This document shows, one piece after another, positions 46,849-56,785 of a stretch of DNA of 61,152 nt. Numbering within the stretch: position 1 is the stretch's first letter; each line of letters starts with the position of its first letter. The notes beneath the pieces are model-generated. The model did no database searches. It was not told the origin of the DNA and saw nothing but the letters and a program-made list of their open reading frames with translations. The position numbers were made by a program, and so were the translations under genes. The stretch is from Nitrospinota bacterium. GTDB taxonomy: Bacteria > UBA8248. The stretch covers positions 1 through 61,152 of the forward strand of contig JAYGFR010000213.1 of assembly GCA_046581755.1 (NCBI GenBank), written 5' to 3'.

Positions 46849-47070
46849 ACTTCCCGGCTTAAATGAAAACGTTCGCCTAAATGGAGACCGCCGTAGCCTA
46901 GCGCCATTGCCCCCGCTTTACCACGAAATACCCAAGGTGGGGGCGGAATTCACCCACGGGCCTTGATCGATGGATGCACCACACGCAATATGCGTAGAAT
47001 CAATACTTTTTTTGCCCTCGAGAAACCTTTCGCCGGGCGCGAATCATGCGTCCCAGAATGAGGTTCCATC

Positions 47071-48423
47071 ATGAACGCCGACCTTCTCGTATCGAACGCC
47101 CAAATCGTTACCCCATCGTCCACCTTTCAAGGGCATATTTACGTGACGGGCGGACGCATTTCGGCCATTACCAGCGAAAAAGAGGCCGGTGCGGCGCGCG
47201 AGATCGACGCCGCCGGGCGCTTTGTCCTTCCTGGAATGGTGGATGAGCATGTCCACATGATGGACCCGGGATTCACCGACCGCGAGGACTGGACCCAGGG
47301 CACTATGGCCGCCGCGCGCGGTGGCGTCACGACCGTCATCGACCATCACCGGAGCGAGCCGCTCGTCTACACGCGGAAGATTCTCGAGGAAAAAACCGAA
47401 TACATCCGCTCACGCGCGGTGGTGGACTACGGCCAACTCGGCGGCCTCGATCTGGACAACCTCGAACACCTCCGCTCTATGTGGGAGGGTGGCGCGCTCG
47501 GATTCAAGGGGTTTATTTGCGAGCTTCACGGCGTGCCCGCCCTTCCGGAGGGCGTTCTGCTCGACATCATGCGCGAGGCAAAGAGTTTTGGCGCCACCGT
47601 CATGCTCCACTGCGAGAGCGACTCGATCCTGAAAAAGGCGGAGGCGCGCATCGACGCCGAGGGGCGGACCGACTACATGTGCATCAGCGAGTGGCGAAAC
47701 CCCGAGAGCGAATACGTCGCGACGATCGACGCGATCTCGCTGGCCGAGCTGACGGACTGCACCGTCCTCGTCGCCCATGTCAGCCAGCCCAGGTTGCTGG
47801 ATGCCATTCATGCGGCCCGCGAGCGGGGCGTCTCCATTTTCGCGGAAAGCTGCCCGCACTACTTCTACTTGGACACGGACGACCTCAAGGAAAAAGGACC
47901 GTTCGTGAAGTTCACACCCGTCCTCCGGGCGCCGGAGGTGAAGGCCGGCATGCGGGCCTATCTGGGGCGGGACATGGTGAACACCATCGGGACCGACCAT
48001 TGCCCCTTTCCCCGGGCCATGAAAGAGGCGGGCATCGACAACATTCACGACGCCCCCTTCGGAATCCCGGGGGTGGAAACCACCGTCCGGGTCATGCTGA
48101 ACGCGGTGAGCGAGGGTCTCCTCTCGCTGAACCAGTTGGTGAAAATCTGCTGCGAGCAGCCCGCCCGCCTGTTCCATCTTTTCCCCCGGAAGGGAGCGAT
48201 CCAGGTGGGCTCGGACGCCGACCTGATCGTCGTTGACATGGACCGCGAGGAAACCCTCCGCGACCAGGACATCGTTTCCAAGTGCAAGTGGACGCCCTTC
48301 GATGGAATGAAGGTGAGGGGGGCGCCCGTGATGACCATCCTCCGCGGAAACGTGGTCATGGAGGAGGGCGAGGTCTGCGCGGATGCCGGCCTGGGAGAGC
48401 CGGTCCGGCGCGTGGAGGACTAG
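47071..48423 (+). CDS. Cyclic amidohydrolase (dihydroorotase/allantoinase/hydantoinase family)
   Basis: 450 aa: LPGMVDEHVHMMDPG...GGVTTVIDH...GFKGF...MLHCE...VAHVS...TDHCPF. Confidence 0.88.
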   Translation: MNADLLVSNAQIVTPSSTFQGHIYVTGGRISAITSEKEAGAAREIDAAGRFVLPGMVDEHVHMMDPGFTDREDWTQGTMAAARGGVTTVIDHHRSEPLVYTRKILEEKTEYIRSRAVVDYGQLGGLDLDNLEHLRSMWEGGALGFKGFICELHGVPALPEGVLLDIMREAKSFGATVMLHCESDSILKKAEARIDAEGRTDYMCISEWRNPESEYVATIDAISLAELTDCTVLVAHVSQPRLLDAIHAARERGVSIFAESCPHYFYLDTDDLKEKGPFVKFTPVLRAPEVKAGMRAYLGRDMVNTIGTDHCPFPRAMKEAGIDNIHDAPFGIPGVETTVRVMLNAVSEGLLSLNQLVKICCEQPARLFHLFPRKGAIQVGSDADLIVVDMDREETLRDQDIVSKCKWTPFDGMKVRGAPVMTILRGNVVMEEGEVCADAGLGEPVRRVED

Positions 48424-48483
48424 CCCCTCGCTCCCGGCCGCGGGCCTCCCACTGGCGGGCAGCTACTATGGGCCTGCAAGTAT

Positions 48484-48513
48484 TTGAAAACACTTATGTA
48501 ATATTTTTATAAT
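48484..48513 (+). promoter_or_regulatory. Near-consensus sigma-70 promoter
   Basis: TTGAAA (48484-48489), an 18-nt spacer, then TATAAT (48508-48513). It sits in a conspicuously AT-rich patch upstream of the 48654-49517 gene pair. Confidence 0.45.
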
Positions 48514-48520
48514 TTTTTCC

Positions 48521-48548
48521 TCAAGTTCGCCCCTGTTTCTGCCGTTAT
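48521..48548 (+). promoter_or_regulatory. Sigma-28 (FliA)-like promoter candidate
   Basis: tCAAGTTc (48521-48528), a 12-nt spacer, then GCCGtTAt (48541-48548). The enterobacterial consensus is TAAAGTTT-N11-GCCGATAA. It lies upstream of the operon that ends in flgM. Confidence 0.35.
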
Positions 48549-48653
48549 ACCGAACGGAGAAGTAGTTTTGGGTTCTTCGCCCTGGATTCGCGGGCGAATC
48601 GTTGGTGGTATATATTGTCTCGGGCCGCTGAGTCCTCCGCGGGAGCGGATAAC

Positions 48654-49145
48654 ATGGTTGATAGAATCGCCCCCTATATCGCGACCAACATTCAGCGGAG
48701 CTACCTGCGCCAACAGCGCGTGGGCGAGCGCATCGCCGATGCAAAGGCGAAGAAGGCCGATGAGACGTCGACCTTCGAGGTGGAAATCTCGAACGCGGCC
48801 CACAAGGCCGCCGAGGAGGCCGAGGCCACCGCGTTGATTCATAAGACGATGAAAGTCGAGCAGATGGCAGACCGTTTCGTCGATCGTTTCCTGTCGCCCC
48901 CGAAACAAGACGAGGCGAAAAGTTCGGGAGACGGGGACGAGGATGCCGACACGGGCCGCACCGCTTTTGTCCGGCTCATCGAGTCCTTCGGCCTGGAAGT
49001 GAAGCAGGGGGATGACGGCGAGGATCGGGCCATCACCAACAAGGCGACCGGAGAGGACCTGATCCCGCTCTCGCCCGAATCGCGCGACACCGCGAAAACC
49101 GAGCTCAAGGACCTGGTCAAGAATATTTTGAACGAGGTGCTCTAA
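48654..49145 (+). CDS. Hypothetical acidic protein upstream of flgM
   Basis: Track ORF 48615-49145; ATG 48654 is preferred (MVDRIAPYIATNIQRSYLRQQRVGERIADAK...). High GC3 is consistent with coding. I recognise no family. Confidence 0.5.
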   Translation: MVDRIAPYIATNIQRSYLRQQRVGERIADAKAKKADETSTFEVEISNAAHKAAEEAEATALIHKTMKVEQMADRFVDRFLSPPKQDEAKSSGDGDEDADTGRTAFVRLIESFGLEVKQGDDGEDRAITNKATGEDLIPLSPESRDTAKTELKDLVKNILNEVL

Positions 49146-49178
49146 TTCCTGTCTGCATTAGAGGTGAAGGAGTTGTCC

Positions 49179-49517
49179 ATGATTGACATGGATCCGATTC
49201 GGAGACAGGTCAGCGGCGAAAGCTATGCCGAAGCCCTGCGGCGCCGGAAGGAAACCGAAAAGGCCAAAGGGGGCGCCGCCGCACCGCCGCAACCCTCTGA
49301 CGGGGGACCGGTCGGCGACACCATCCAGGTGAGCGAAAAGGCGATCATGATGGGGCGTATCCAAAAGGCACTTGCGGAAATTGCCGATGTGCGGGCAGAG
49401 CTCGTGTCCGAGATCAAGGCCAAAATCGAGGCGGACGAATACCACGTTCCGGGCGAGGATATCGCGGAGCGGGTGATCCTCGAGGCGCTCAAGGAAATGA
49501 AATCCTTCGGACGCTAG
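49179..49517 (+). CDS. flgM: Anti-sigma-28 factor FlgM
   Basis: The track ORF is trimmed to ATG 49179, with GAAGGAG 6 nt upstream. The C-terminal FlgM signature is DTIQVSEKA...IADVRAELVSEIKAKIEADEYHVPGEDIAERVI. Confidence 0.7.
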   Translation: MIDMDPIRRQVSGESYAEALRRRKETEKAKGGAAAPPQPSDGGPVGDTIQVSEKAIMMGRIQKALAEIADVRAELVSEIKAKIEADEYHVPGEDIAERVILEALKEMKSFGR

Positions 49518-49602
49518 ACCTTCCGCACAGGGGAATTCGCGCACGGGTAGTTCCGGTTTCGACCGCCGATTTCGCCCGTACGAATCATTGAAATTCGATC
49601 GA

Positions 49603-49645
49603 AAAGGGCCGGCCCCGTTTATCGAGACCGGCCCTTTCATTTTTC
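49603..49645. terminator. Bidirectional rho-independent terminator between flgM and pnp
   Basis: A 10-bp stem AAAGGGCCGG (49603-49612) / CCGGCCCTTT (49628-49637) is followed by cATTTTT on the plus strand and by TTTTCG on the minus strand. Confidence 0.6.
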
Positions 49646-49667
49646 AAACCGAAGTGTTCGAACCTCC

Positions 49668-51803
49668 CTACCCCACCGGACTGAAGTGGGGTTTGAACTC
49701 CTCGGAAAGATCTTCCTCCTTCACGTCCTTCATGGAGAGGCGAATCCGCCCGTTGCCTTCGACCTCGAGGCATTTCACGAGAATTCTGTCGCCCTCCTTG
49801 AGCACGTCCGTCACTGTCTTGACCCGGTTCTTGGAGATCATGGAAATGTGGCAAAGGCCATCCGTCCCTGGGAATATTTCGACGAATGCCCCGAAATCCA
49901 TGATTTTCCGAACCGTCCCGTAGTAAATCTTGTTGGGCTCGGCATCCTGGGTAAGCTCTCGGATGATCTCGATGGCCCGCAGGGCGCTCGCCTCGTCCAC
50001 CGAGGCGACGAATACGGTGCCGTCGTCTTCTAGATCGATCTGGGCGCCCGTCTCCTCGACGATTCCGCGAATGACCTTGCCGCCGGGTCCGATGACGTCC
50101 CGGACCCGATCCTTGTTGATCTGGATGGAGATGATGCGCGGGGCAAGCGGGGAGATCTCCTCGCTGGGCTTGGAAATCACGTCGTTCATTTTACCGAGAA
50201 CGTGCATCCGCGCCTCCTTGGCTTGGGTCAGGGCCTCCCGGACCAAGCTGAATTTGAGCCCCTTGATTTTGATGTCCATCTGGAGGGCTGTGATGCCCTC
50301 GCTCGTGCCGCCGACTTTGAAGTCCATGTCGCCCAGATGGTCCTCGATTCCGAGGATATCGGTGAGGATGGCGGTCTTGCCCGTCTCCTCGTCGGTGATG
50401 AGCCCCATCGCCACTCCGGCGACCGGGGAGGAAATGGGCACCCCAGCCTGCATCAGCGAGAGGCTCGCGCCGCAAATTGTGGCCACCGAGGAACTTCCGT
50501 TGCTCTCGGTGACGTCCGAGACGACGCGAATCGTGTAGGGGAAGGATTCCTGATCGGGGAGGACGGCCTGAATCGCCCGCGACGCGAGGGCGCCGTGGCC
50601 GATTTCGCGGCGTCCGGGCCCCCGGTTCGGCTTCGCTTCTCCGACGCTGAAGCCGGGGAAGTTGTAGTGCAGGAGGAAATGGCGGTCGGTTTTGCCGTCG
50701 AGGGTGTCGATGAGCTGAGAATCGGAGCCCGTGCCTAGGGTGGCGCTCACGATCGCCTGGGTCTCGCCCCGGGTGAAGAGCACGCTGCCGTGCGTCCGGG
50801 CAAGGGGGCTCATGCGGATCGTGATGGGGCGGACCTCGGTGAAGCCCCGCCCGTCGGCGCGGATGCCGTCGTTCAGGATGAGGCCCCGGAACACGTCGTG
50901 CTCGACATCGGAGAAGTAGCCGCTGACGGTTTTCTTGTCGGGCGCCCCCTCCTCGTCGGTGCACAGCGCCTCGACGCAGGCGGCCTTGGCATCGCCGATG
51001 GCCCGATACTGGGCCATCTTCTCGTGAACCCCAGCCGCTTCCTTGAGCTTGGGTCCGGCGATCTCGCGCACGCGGGCCATCAGGGCCTCATCGAGCACCT
51101 CTTCTTCGATCTCGCGCTTGGGCTTTCCGGCATCGGCGCGCAACTCTTCCTGGATGGCGCAGAGATCCTTGATGACTGCATGGCCCTTCTCGAATGCCTC
51201 CATGTAGACATCCTCGGAGACCTCGAAGCTCCCCGCCTCGACCATGACAAGGGCGTCGGCCGTTCCGGCCATGACGCAATTCAGATCGCTGTCGATTTGC
51301 TGGTCGATCGTGGGGTTCACGATAATCTCGCCGTCAATCCGGCCCATGCGGACGGCGCCGATGGGCCCGTCAAAGGGGATGTCCGAAATATGGAGCGCCG
51401 CCGAGGTGCCGTTGAGGGCGAGGATGTCCGAGTCGCAAACTCTGTCGTAGGACATCACCATGATCTGGATCATCGTCTCGCACTGAAAGGACTTGGGGAA
51501 CAGGGGCCGGATCGGGCGGTCGATGAGCCGGCAGGTCAACACCTCGCGCTCGCCGGGCCGGGCCTCGCGCCGGAAAAAATTCCCCGGAATGATGCCCGCC
51601 GCGTAGAACCCCTCGCGGTAGTCAACAGTCATCGGGAAAAAATCGATCCCCGCCCTGGGCGACGTGGATGCGCAGGCGGTGCACAGGACCGAGGTTTCGC
51701 CATAGTGCATCATAACGGCGCCGTGGGCCTGTTTGGCGATTTCTCCGGTCTCAAAGGCGAACGTGTAGCCGTTAATGGATATTTCCTTGCGTATTGCTGG
51801 CAT
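49668..51803 (-). CDS. pnp: Polyribonucleotide nucleotidyltransferase (PNPase)
   Basis: 711 aa with two RNase PH domains, a KH domain ([11 protein letters not shown]) and an S1 domain ([17 protein letters not shown]). Confidence 0.95.
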   Translation of the reverse strand: MPAIRKEISINGYTFAFETGEIAKQAHGAVMMHYGETSVLCTACASTSPRAGIDFFPMTVDYREGFYAAGIIPGNFFRREARPGEREVLTCRLIDRPIRPLFPKSFQCETMIQIMVMSYDRVCDSDILALNGTSAALHISDIPFDGPIGAVRMGRIDGEIIVNPTIDQQIDSDLNCVMAGTADALVMVEAGSFEVSEDVYMEAFEKGHAVIKDLCAIQEELRADAGKPKREIEEEVLDEALMARVREIAGPKLKEAAGVHEKMAQYRAIGDAKAACVEALCTDEEGAPDKKTVSGYFSDVEHDVFRGLILNDGIRADGRGFTEVRPITIRMSPLARTHGSVLFTRGETQAIVSATLGTGSDSQLIDTLDGKTDRHFLLHYNFPGFSVGEAKPNRGPGRREIGHGALASRAIQAVLPDQESFPYTIRVVSDVTESNGSSSVATICGASLSLMQAGVPISSPVAGVAMGLITDEETGKTAILTDILGIEDHLGDMDFKVGGTSEGITALQMDIKIKGLKFSLVREALTQAKEARMHVLGKMNDVISKPSEEISPLAPRIISIQINKDRVRDVIGPGGKVIRGIVEETGAQIDLEDDGTVFVASVDEASALRAIEIIRELTQDAEPNKIYYGTVRKIMDFGAFVEIFPGTDGLCHISMISKNRVKTVTDVLKEGDRILVKCLEVEGNGRIRLSMKDVKEEDLSEEFKPHFSPVG

Positions 51804-51831
51804 GATGGATTCTCTCTGAAAGTTGGCCGGG

Positions 51832-52101
51832 TTAGCGGCGGATGCCGAGGCGCTGAATCAGGGTGCGGTAGCGGTTGACGTCCTTGTCCTTCAGATAATC
51901 GAGAAGGCGCCGCCGCTGACCAACGAGCTTCAACAGACCTCTTCTAGAGTGGTGATCTTTTTTATGGATCTTGAAATGGTCTGTGAGATAGATTATTCGC
52001 TCGGTCAGGATGGCAACCTGTACTTCGGGGGAGCCTGTATCGCTTTCGTGGGTTTTGTAGCTGTCGATGACTTCTGTCTTTCGGTCCTTCGTCATGGTCA
52101 T
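51832..52101 (-). CDS. rpsO: 30S ribosomal protein S15
   Basis: The track ORF is trimmed to ATG 52101 ([36 protein letters not shown]...), with GGAGGAAG 7 nt upstream. The product is 89 aa. Confidence 0.93.
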   Translation of the reverse strand: MTMTKDRKTEVIDSYKTHESDTGSPEVQVAILTERIIYLTDHFKIHKKDHHSRRGLLKLVGQRRRLLDYLKDKDVNRYRTLIQRLGIRR

Positions 52102-52123
52102 ACTAGTTCTTCCTCCGCTTCCC

Positions 52124-52141
52124 GGTTCGGCGATCCGAACC
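52124..52141 (-). promoter_or_regulatory. Hairpin in the rpsO 5' leader (possible S15 autoregulatory element)
   Basis: GGUUCGG-aucg-CCGAACC is a 7-bp stem located between the predicted promoter and the SD. Confidence 0.3.
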
Positions 52142-52176
52142 CTCACTTTGCGCGATCTCTCTCTTCACGGCTTGTG

Positions 52177-52205
52177 ATTGTAGCGAACTAATCTTCCAAT
52201 GTAAA
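52177..52205 (-). promoter_or_regulatory. Near-consensus sigma-70 promoter for rpsO
   Basis: On the minus strand: TTTACA (52205-52200), a 17-nt spacer, then TACAAT (52182-52177). Confidence 0.45.
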
Positions 52206-52222
52206 CGTCTGAATACTATTTA

Positions 52223-53149
52223 TCAGCGGGAAAATACGCGGTCCGCGTTGATCCGGCAATGGCTCTCGCTAGGCCCTTCGCCCTGGAGAACCCGCCCGAC
52301 GGCAATGACCTCTCCGCCGGAAGATTCGACCCGCACCTTCCCGCCCGGCGATAGCTCATCCCCGGGGATAAAATCCTTTCGGGTCAGGGCCACGCCGTTC
52401 CGGAACCGGCTCTCGGCCTCGGGGCGGATGGTGACGGCGGGGAGATGGGCCAGGGCGGCCGAAATCGGCATTATCGCCTCTTGAAGGCGCCCTTCCCCGG
52501 CCAGGGATTCGGCTTCGTCCAGGCCGATGGCATCCTCCAACCGAAACGGGCCGAGCACGGTCCGCGTCAGGGACTCCATGCATCCCCCCGTACCCTGGAG
52601 CGCACCCAAGTCATGACACAGCGAGCGGATATAGGTGCCCCTGCTGCAGGAGACATCGAAGGTCAGGCGGTTTCCGGCCATCTCGAGGGCGCGGATACTG
52701 AATATCTCGATCGGGCGCTCCTCGCGCTCGACCTCTTTTCCGGCGCGGGCCAGCTCGTGCAGGCGGGTACCGCCCACCTTGAGGGCGGAGTACATGGGCG
52801 GAATCTGAACCCCCGGCCCCCGAAACGAGTCCAGCAGACGCTGAGCCTCTTTGATCGAGATTTCCACCGAATCTTCTTCCGACAAAGTTTTGCCGGTGAC
52901 ATCCTGGGTGTCGGTCACGCGGCCGAAAATCATCCCGGCCCGGTAGGTTTTCCGGCAATCGAGCAGGTAAGGGAAAATCTTCGTCGCGGCGCCCACGCAC
53001 ACCGGCAACACGCCCTCGGCCATCGGATCAAGGGTGCCGGCGTGCCCCACCTTGGTCTTGGGGGGGACGATGAGCCTCACCCGGGCGACTATATCGTGAG
53101 AGGTGGGGCCCTCGAATTTTTTCAGGTTCAAAACACCGTTGATTTTCAA
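52223..53149 (-). CDS. truB: tRNA pseudouridine(55) synthase
   Basis: 308 aa: INGVLNLKKFEGPTSHDIVARVR...GHAGTLDPMAEGVLPV. The TTG start overlaps the rbfA stop (TTGA). Confidence 0.92.
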   Translation of the reverse strand: MKINGVLNLKKFEGPTSHDIVARVRLIVPPKTKVGHAGTLDPMAEGVLPVCVGAATKIFPYLLDCRKTYRAGMIFGRVTDTQDVTGKTLSEEDSVEISIKEAQRLLDSFRGPGVQIPPMYSALKVGGTRLHELARAGKEVEREERPIEIFSIRALEMAGNRLTFDVSCSRGTYIRSLCHDLGALQGTGGCMESLTRTVLGPFRLEDAIGLDEAESLAGEGRLQEAIMPISAALAHLPAVTIRPEAESRFRNGVALTRKDFIPGDELSPGGKVRVESSGGEVIAVGRVLQGEGPSESHCRINADRVFSR

Positions 53150-53511
53150 CGCTCACCACCCAATTCGCTTAAAAGCTGCTCGATTCGGTCGCTCTCACCC
53201 GGATTTCGTTCCGCGCGAAACACCAACCTGGGAGTGCGCTTCAGGCGAAGGCGCTTCCCCAATCTTCCCTGGAGAAACCCGCTTGCCCGCTCCAGCCCCT
53301 CGCGCCCTTCCTCGACTTCGGCCTCCGACCCGCGCCCTTCGCCATACCGGCTGAAAAATACCGATGCCTCGCGCAAGTCGTCCGTCAATTCAACACGGGT
53401 AATCATCACGTCCTTGACGCGGGGATCTTTCACATCGCGGAGAAGCATTCGGGCCAGTTCCGACTGAATGAGTTCGGCCACCCTCGCCGAGCGGGGATAG
53501 GAGGGGTGCAT
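53146..53511 (-). CDS. rbfA: Ribosome-binding factor A
   Basis: The track ORF is trimmed to ATG 53511 (MHPSYPRSARVAELIQSELARMLLRDVKDPRV), with GGGAGA upstream. Confidence 0.88.
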   Translation of the reverse strand: MHPSYPRSARVAELIQSELARMLLRDVKDPRVKDVMITRVELTDDLREASVFFSRYGEGRGSEAEVEEGREGLERASGFLQGRLGKRLRLKRTPRLVFRAERNPGESDRIEQLLSELGGER

Positions 53512-53552
53512 CGCAAATTTTCTCCCGCGCCGCAACCGCCCAGAGGAGGTTG

Positions 53553-53837
53553 CTACAGAATCTCGATCTCAAAGTCAAGAATGACCGCCAGCCCCATTCC
53601 CTCGATCGAATCTAACGCCTTGCGGAGCTGGCTGTCCACATGACGCGCATCGTTCGAAACGGCACTCACCCCAATCAGGCAGCGCTGCCATTTATCCAGA
53701 TAATCCACCTCGGCCACGGCGACGTTGAAGCGCTGGCGCAACCGGGCCACTATCGACTTCACAACCTTGCGCTTGCTTTTCAGGGAGCGGCTGCCGGGAA
53801 TCTGCAGGTCCACGGTTAAAAGACCCACGGCGGTCAT
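53553..53837 (-). CDS. DUF503 (YlxP-like) protein
   Basis: 94 aa: LLTVDLQIPGSRSLKSKRKVVKSIVARLRQRFNVAVAEVD. It has the conserved position between infB and rbfA. Confidence 0.85.
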   Translation of the reverse strand: MTAVGLLTVDLQIPGSRSLKSKRKVVKSIVARLRQRFNVAVAEVDYLDKWQRCLIGVSAVSNDARHVDSQLRKALDSIEGMGLAVILDFEIEIL

Positions 53838-53880
53838 CGAACTGGGGTCCCCGTCTAGGCGTTCGAAGCAGGGGTCGGCA

Positions 53881-56094
53881 TCAAAGGGTCCGGGCCACCT
53901 CTTCGGTCACGAAGGGCTCGATAACGTCGCCGTCTTTGATGTCCTGGAATTTTGCGATTCCGATGCCGCATTCATACCCCTGCTGCACCTCGGCGACGTC
54001 CTCCTTGAAGCGGCGCAGGGAAGAAATGCGACCCGTATACACGACAACGCTATCGCGGATGAGGCGAACCTCCGACCCTCGCTTGATGGTTCCGTCGGTC
54101 ACATAGGTGCCCGCGATGGAGCCGATGTTCGGGACATGGAACGTCTGGCGCACCTCGGCATGCCCGAGAACCACCTCGCGGATGAGCGGGTCGAGAATCC
54201 CCTCCAGAGCGGCTTTCACCTCTTCGATGGCATTGTAAATCACCGAATAGAGGCGAATATCGACTTTTTCTCTCTTGGCCGCGGCATCGGCGCTGGGCGT
54301 CGGCCGCACGTTGAAGCCGATGATGATGGACGATGAAGCCGACGCCAGCATCACGTCGGTTTCCGTAATGCCCCCGGCGGCGCTTTGAAGGATTTTTACG
54401 GAGACCTCTTCGTTGCCCAGCTTGACGAGGCTGTCCTTGAGGGCCTCGATGCTGCCCTGCACATCCGCCTTGAGGATAATGTTGAGTTCCTTCGCCGTGC
54501 CCTCCTGGACCCCTTCTATGAAGCTGGTCAGGCTGACGCGGGCCGAGGGAAGCATCGCCGAGAGACGCTCCCGCTGCTGGCGCCTGGCACTGATGACCCG
54601 GCCGGTCCGCTCATCGGGCACGATGGTGAATTCATCGCCCGCCTGAGGAACGCCGGCAAATCCGAGAATCTCGACCGGGGTGGAGGGTCCGGCCGTTTTA
54701 ATTTTATTGCCCTGGCCGTTGAGCAGGGCCCTGACTTTTCCGTTCCAGGCGCCGGCGATGAAATGATCGCCCACGGACAGCGTTCCCTTTTGAACGAGGA
54801 CGGTGGCCACGGCCCCGCGGCCCTTGTCGAGCTTGGCCTCGATGACGACTCCCTGGGCGCTCCGCTTCGGGTTGGCTTTCAATTCCATCAATTCGGCCTG
54901 GAGAATGGCCATGTCCAGCAGATCGTCTACCCCATCGCCCTCTTTCGCCGAAACCGGGCTGTAGACCGTGTTGCCTCCCCATTCCTCCGGAATGAGATCG
55001 AGGTCGGAGAGCTGCTGCTTCACCCGGTCGGGGTTGGCGTCGGCCAGATCCATTTTATTGACCGCGACCATGATGGGAACCCCCGCCGCCTGAGCGTGGG
55101 ATACGGCCTCGCGGGTCTGGGGCATCACCCCTTCATTCGCCGCGACGACAAGTATGACCAGATCCGTGACCTGGGCTCCGCGGGCGCGCATGGCGGTAAA
55201 CGCCTCGTGTCCCGGCGTATCGAGAAAGACCGCATCCCCTTTTTCGGTGGCCACCCGGTAGGCTCCGATGTGCTGGGTGATTCCGCCGGCCTCGCCCCCC
55301 ATGACGTCGGCATGCCGAATGGCGTCGAGAAGGCGGGTTTTCCCGTGGTCCACGTGACCCATCACCGTAATGATGGGAGCGCGGTGAACGAAATCCTCCG
55401 GGTTCTCCTCCTCCGCTTCCTCCGGTTCCGGAACCTCATCGAGGCCCTTTGCCGACACCTCCATGTCGAAGCCGAATTCACTGCAAACGATTTGGGCCGT
55501 ATCGCTGTCGATCATCTGGTTAATCGTGGTCATCTGGCCCATTTTCATGAGTTCCTTGATGACCTCGGTCGCCTTTAGGCTGAGTTTATCGGCAAGCTCT
55601 TTAACCGTCAGGGCTTCGGGGATGCGAATGATCGTAGCGTTTCGGGGCGCTTTGGGGGCTTCGGCCTCTTCGGCGGGTTTTTCCGGCTCCGGCGCTTTGG
55701 CCGCCGCGGGCGCGGCGTCCTTCCGGGGAGCCGGGGACTCTTTCTTCTTCCCCTTCTGGGCGGCGAGGGCGGGAGGCTCTTTCTCGGGAGCCGGGACGGG
55801 GGCTTTCTTTGGGGCCGCTTTGGCCTTGGGTTTTTCCGCCTTTGTTCCCTTGGCGGATTTCGGGGCCTTGGCCTCCGCCTTCTTCGGCTCGGCTTCGGAT
55901 TTCTTTTTGGGCGCTTTTGGGGCGGGAGCGTCGGTCTGTTGGGAGAAGAGCGCCGTAATGAGATCGGCCGTTTCTTCATCGACCGTACTCATATAGCTCT
56001 TGACTTCGATTCCCTCCTTGGCCAACTCTTCGACAAAAACCTTGTTGACGTAACCCAGCTTTTTAGCCAGTTCGTAAATTCTCACCTTCGCCAT
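53881..56094 (-). CDS. infB: Translation initiation factor IF-2
   Basis: 737 aa. It starts [14 protein letters not shown], has an Ala/Lys/Pro-rich linker, and a G domain [14 protein letters not shown]...DTPGHEAF...NKMD. Confidence 0.95.
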   Translation of the reverse strand: MAKVRIYELAKKLGYVNKVFVEELAKEGIEVKSYMSTVDEETADLITALFSQQTDAPAPKAPKKKSEAEPKKAEAKAPKSAKGTKAEKPKAKAAPKKAPVPAPEKEPPALAAQKGKKKESPAPRKDAAPAAAKAPEPEKPAEEAEAPKAPRNATIIRIPEALTVKELADKLSLKATEVIKELMKMGQMTTINQMIDSDTAQIVCSEFGFDMEVSAKGLDEVPEPEEAEEENPEDFVHRAPIITVMGHVDHGKTRLLDAIRHADVMGGEAGGITQHIGAYRVATEKGDAVFLDTPGHEAFTAMRARGAQVTDLVILVVAANEGVMPQTREAVSHAQAAGVPIMVAVNKMDLADANPDRVKQQLSDLDLIPEEWGGNTVYSPVSAKEGDGVDDLLDMAILQAELMELKANPKRSAQGVVIEAKLDKGRGAVATVLVQKGTLSVGDHFIAGAWNGKVRALLNGQGNKIKTAGPSTPVEILGFAGVPQAGDEFTIVPDERTGRVISARRQQRERLSAMLPSARVSLTSFIEGVQEGTAKELNIILKADVQGSIEALKDSLVKLGNEEVSVKILQSAAGGITETDVMLASASSSIIIGFNVRPTPSADAAAKREKVDIRLYSVIYNAIEEVKAALEGILDPLIREVVLGHAEVRQTFHVPNIGSIAGTYVTDGTIKRGSEVRLIRDSVVVYTGRISSLRRFKEDVAEVQQGYECGIGIAKFQDIKDGDVIEPFVTEEVARTL

Positions 56095-56173
56095 TCAAAC
56101 TGCCTCCGCCCTCGTCCTTGCCGGCCTTCCGGCCGTCCTTGCATGAATTCCGATTATCCGCTTTCGCGCCATC

Positions 56174-56770
56174 TCACAAAAGGGCCAAAGCGCTCGCCTG
56201 CGAACTCCTCAATTCAAGCGAATCCGCCAACAAGGTATCCGACACAAAGAAAACCCCCACCGGGCGGCCGCCTAGAATATCTCCAATCCGGCCCATCTCC
56301 ATTTTCATTTCGACCGGCGGTCGCGCCAGACCTTCCATCACCCCAGCCCGGCTCCCCCTCGAAAGATCCTCCGCCAGGAATATTCGCCCGGCGCGGCTTG
56401 ATCGAAGCGCTCTCATCGCGGCATCGCGGCCGGCCGCGACCGCCTTCTTCCGCCAGGCGGCTCCCAGGAGACCTTCGATGCGCCTCCCGAGCAGGGACTG
56501 AACGGCGGCGGCGATGTCCGCCGAATCCGGCGGATTCACCTTGCACCGAAGCGCCCGGTTCAAAATCCGAGGCTCCAGCGCCGAATCCAGGCACTCGCCG
56601 CGAAAGCAACAATAGGCACCGCGCCCCGGAAGGCGGCTGTCCAGTTCAGCGTACACCTCACCGTCTGGTCCGGCCACCATCCGGAACAACGTCTCGGGAG
56701 GGCCTTTCCTGCGGCAAGCGATACAAGTTCTCTCTGGCACCGTCTTATGACCTCGACAAAACCCGGCCAT
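56174..56770 (-). CDS. YlxR (DUF448) RNA-binding protein fused to an L7Ae/YlxQ-like domain
   Basis: 198 aa. The N-terminal YlxR motif is ERTCIACRRKGPPETLFRMV...LPGRGAYCC. The C-terminal half is GLLGAAWRKKAVAAGRDAAMRALRSSRAGRIFLAEDLS...IGDILGGRPVGVFFVSD, which is L7Ae-like. Confidence 0.8.
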   Translation of the reverse strand: MAGFCRGHKTVPERTCIACRRKGPPETLFRMVAGPDGEVYAELDSRLPGRGAYCCFRGECLDSALEPRILNRALRCKVNPPDSADIAAAVQSLLGRRIEGLLGAAWRKKAVAAGRDAAMRALRSSRAGRIFLAEDLSRGSRAGVMEGLARPPVEMKMEMGRIGDILGGRPVGVFFVSDTLLADSLELRSSQASALALL

Positions 56771-56785
56771 CCCGCTTCGCCCGGG

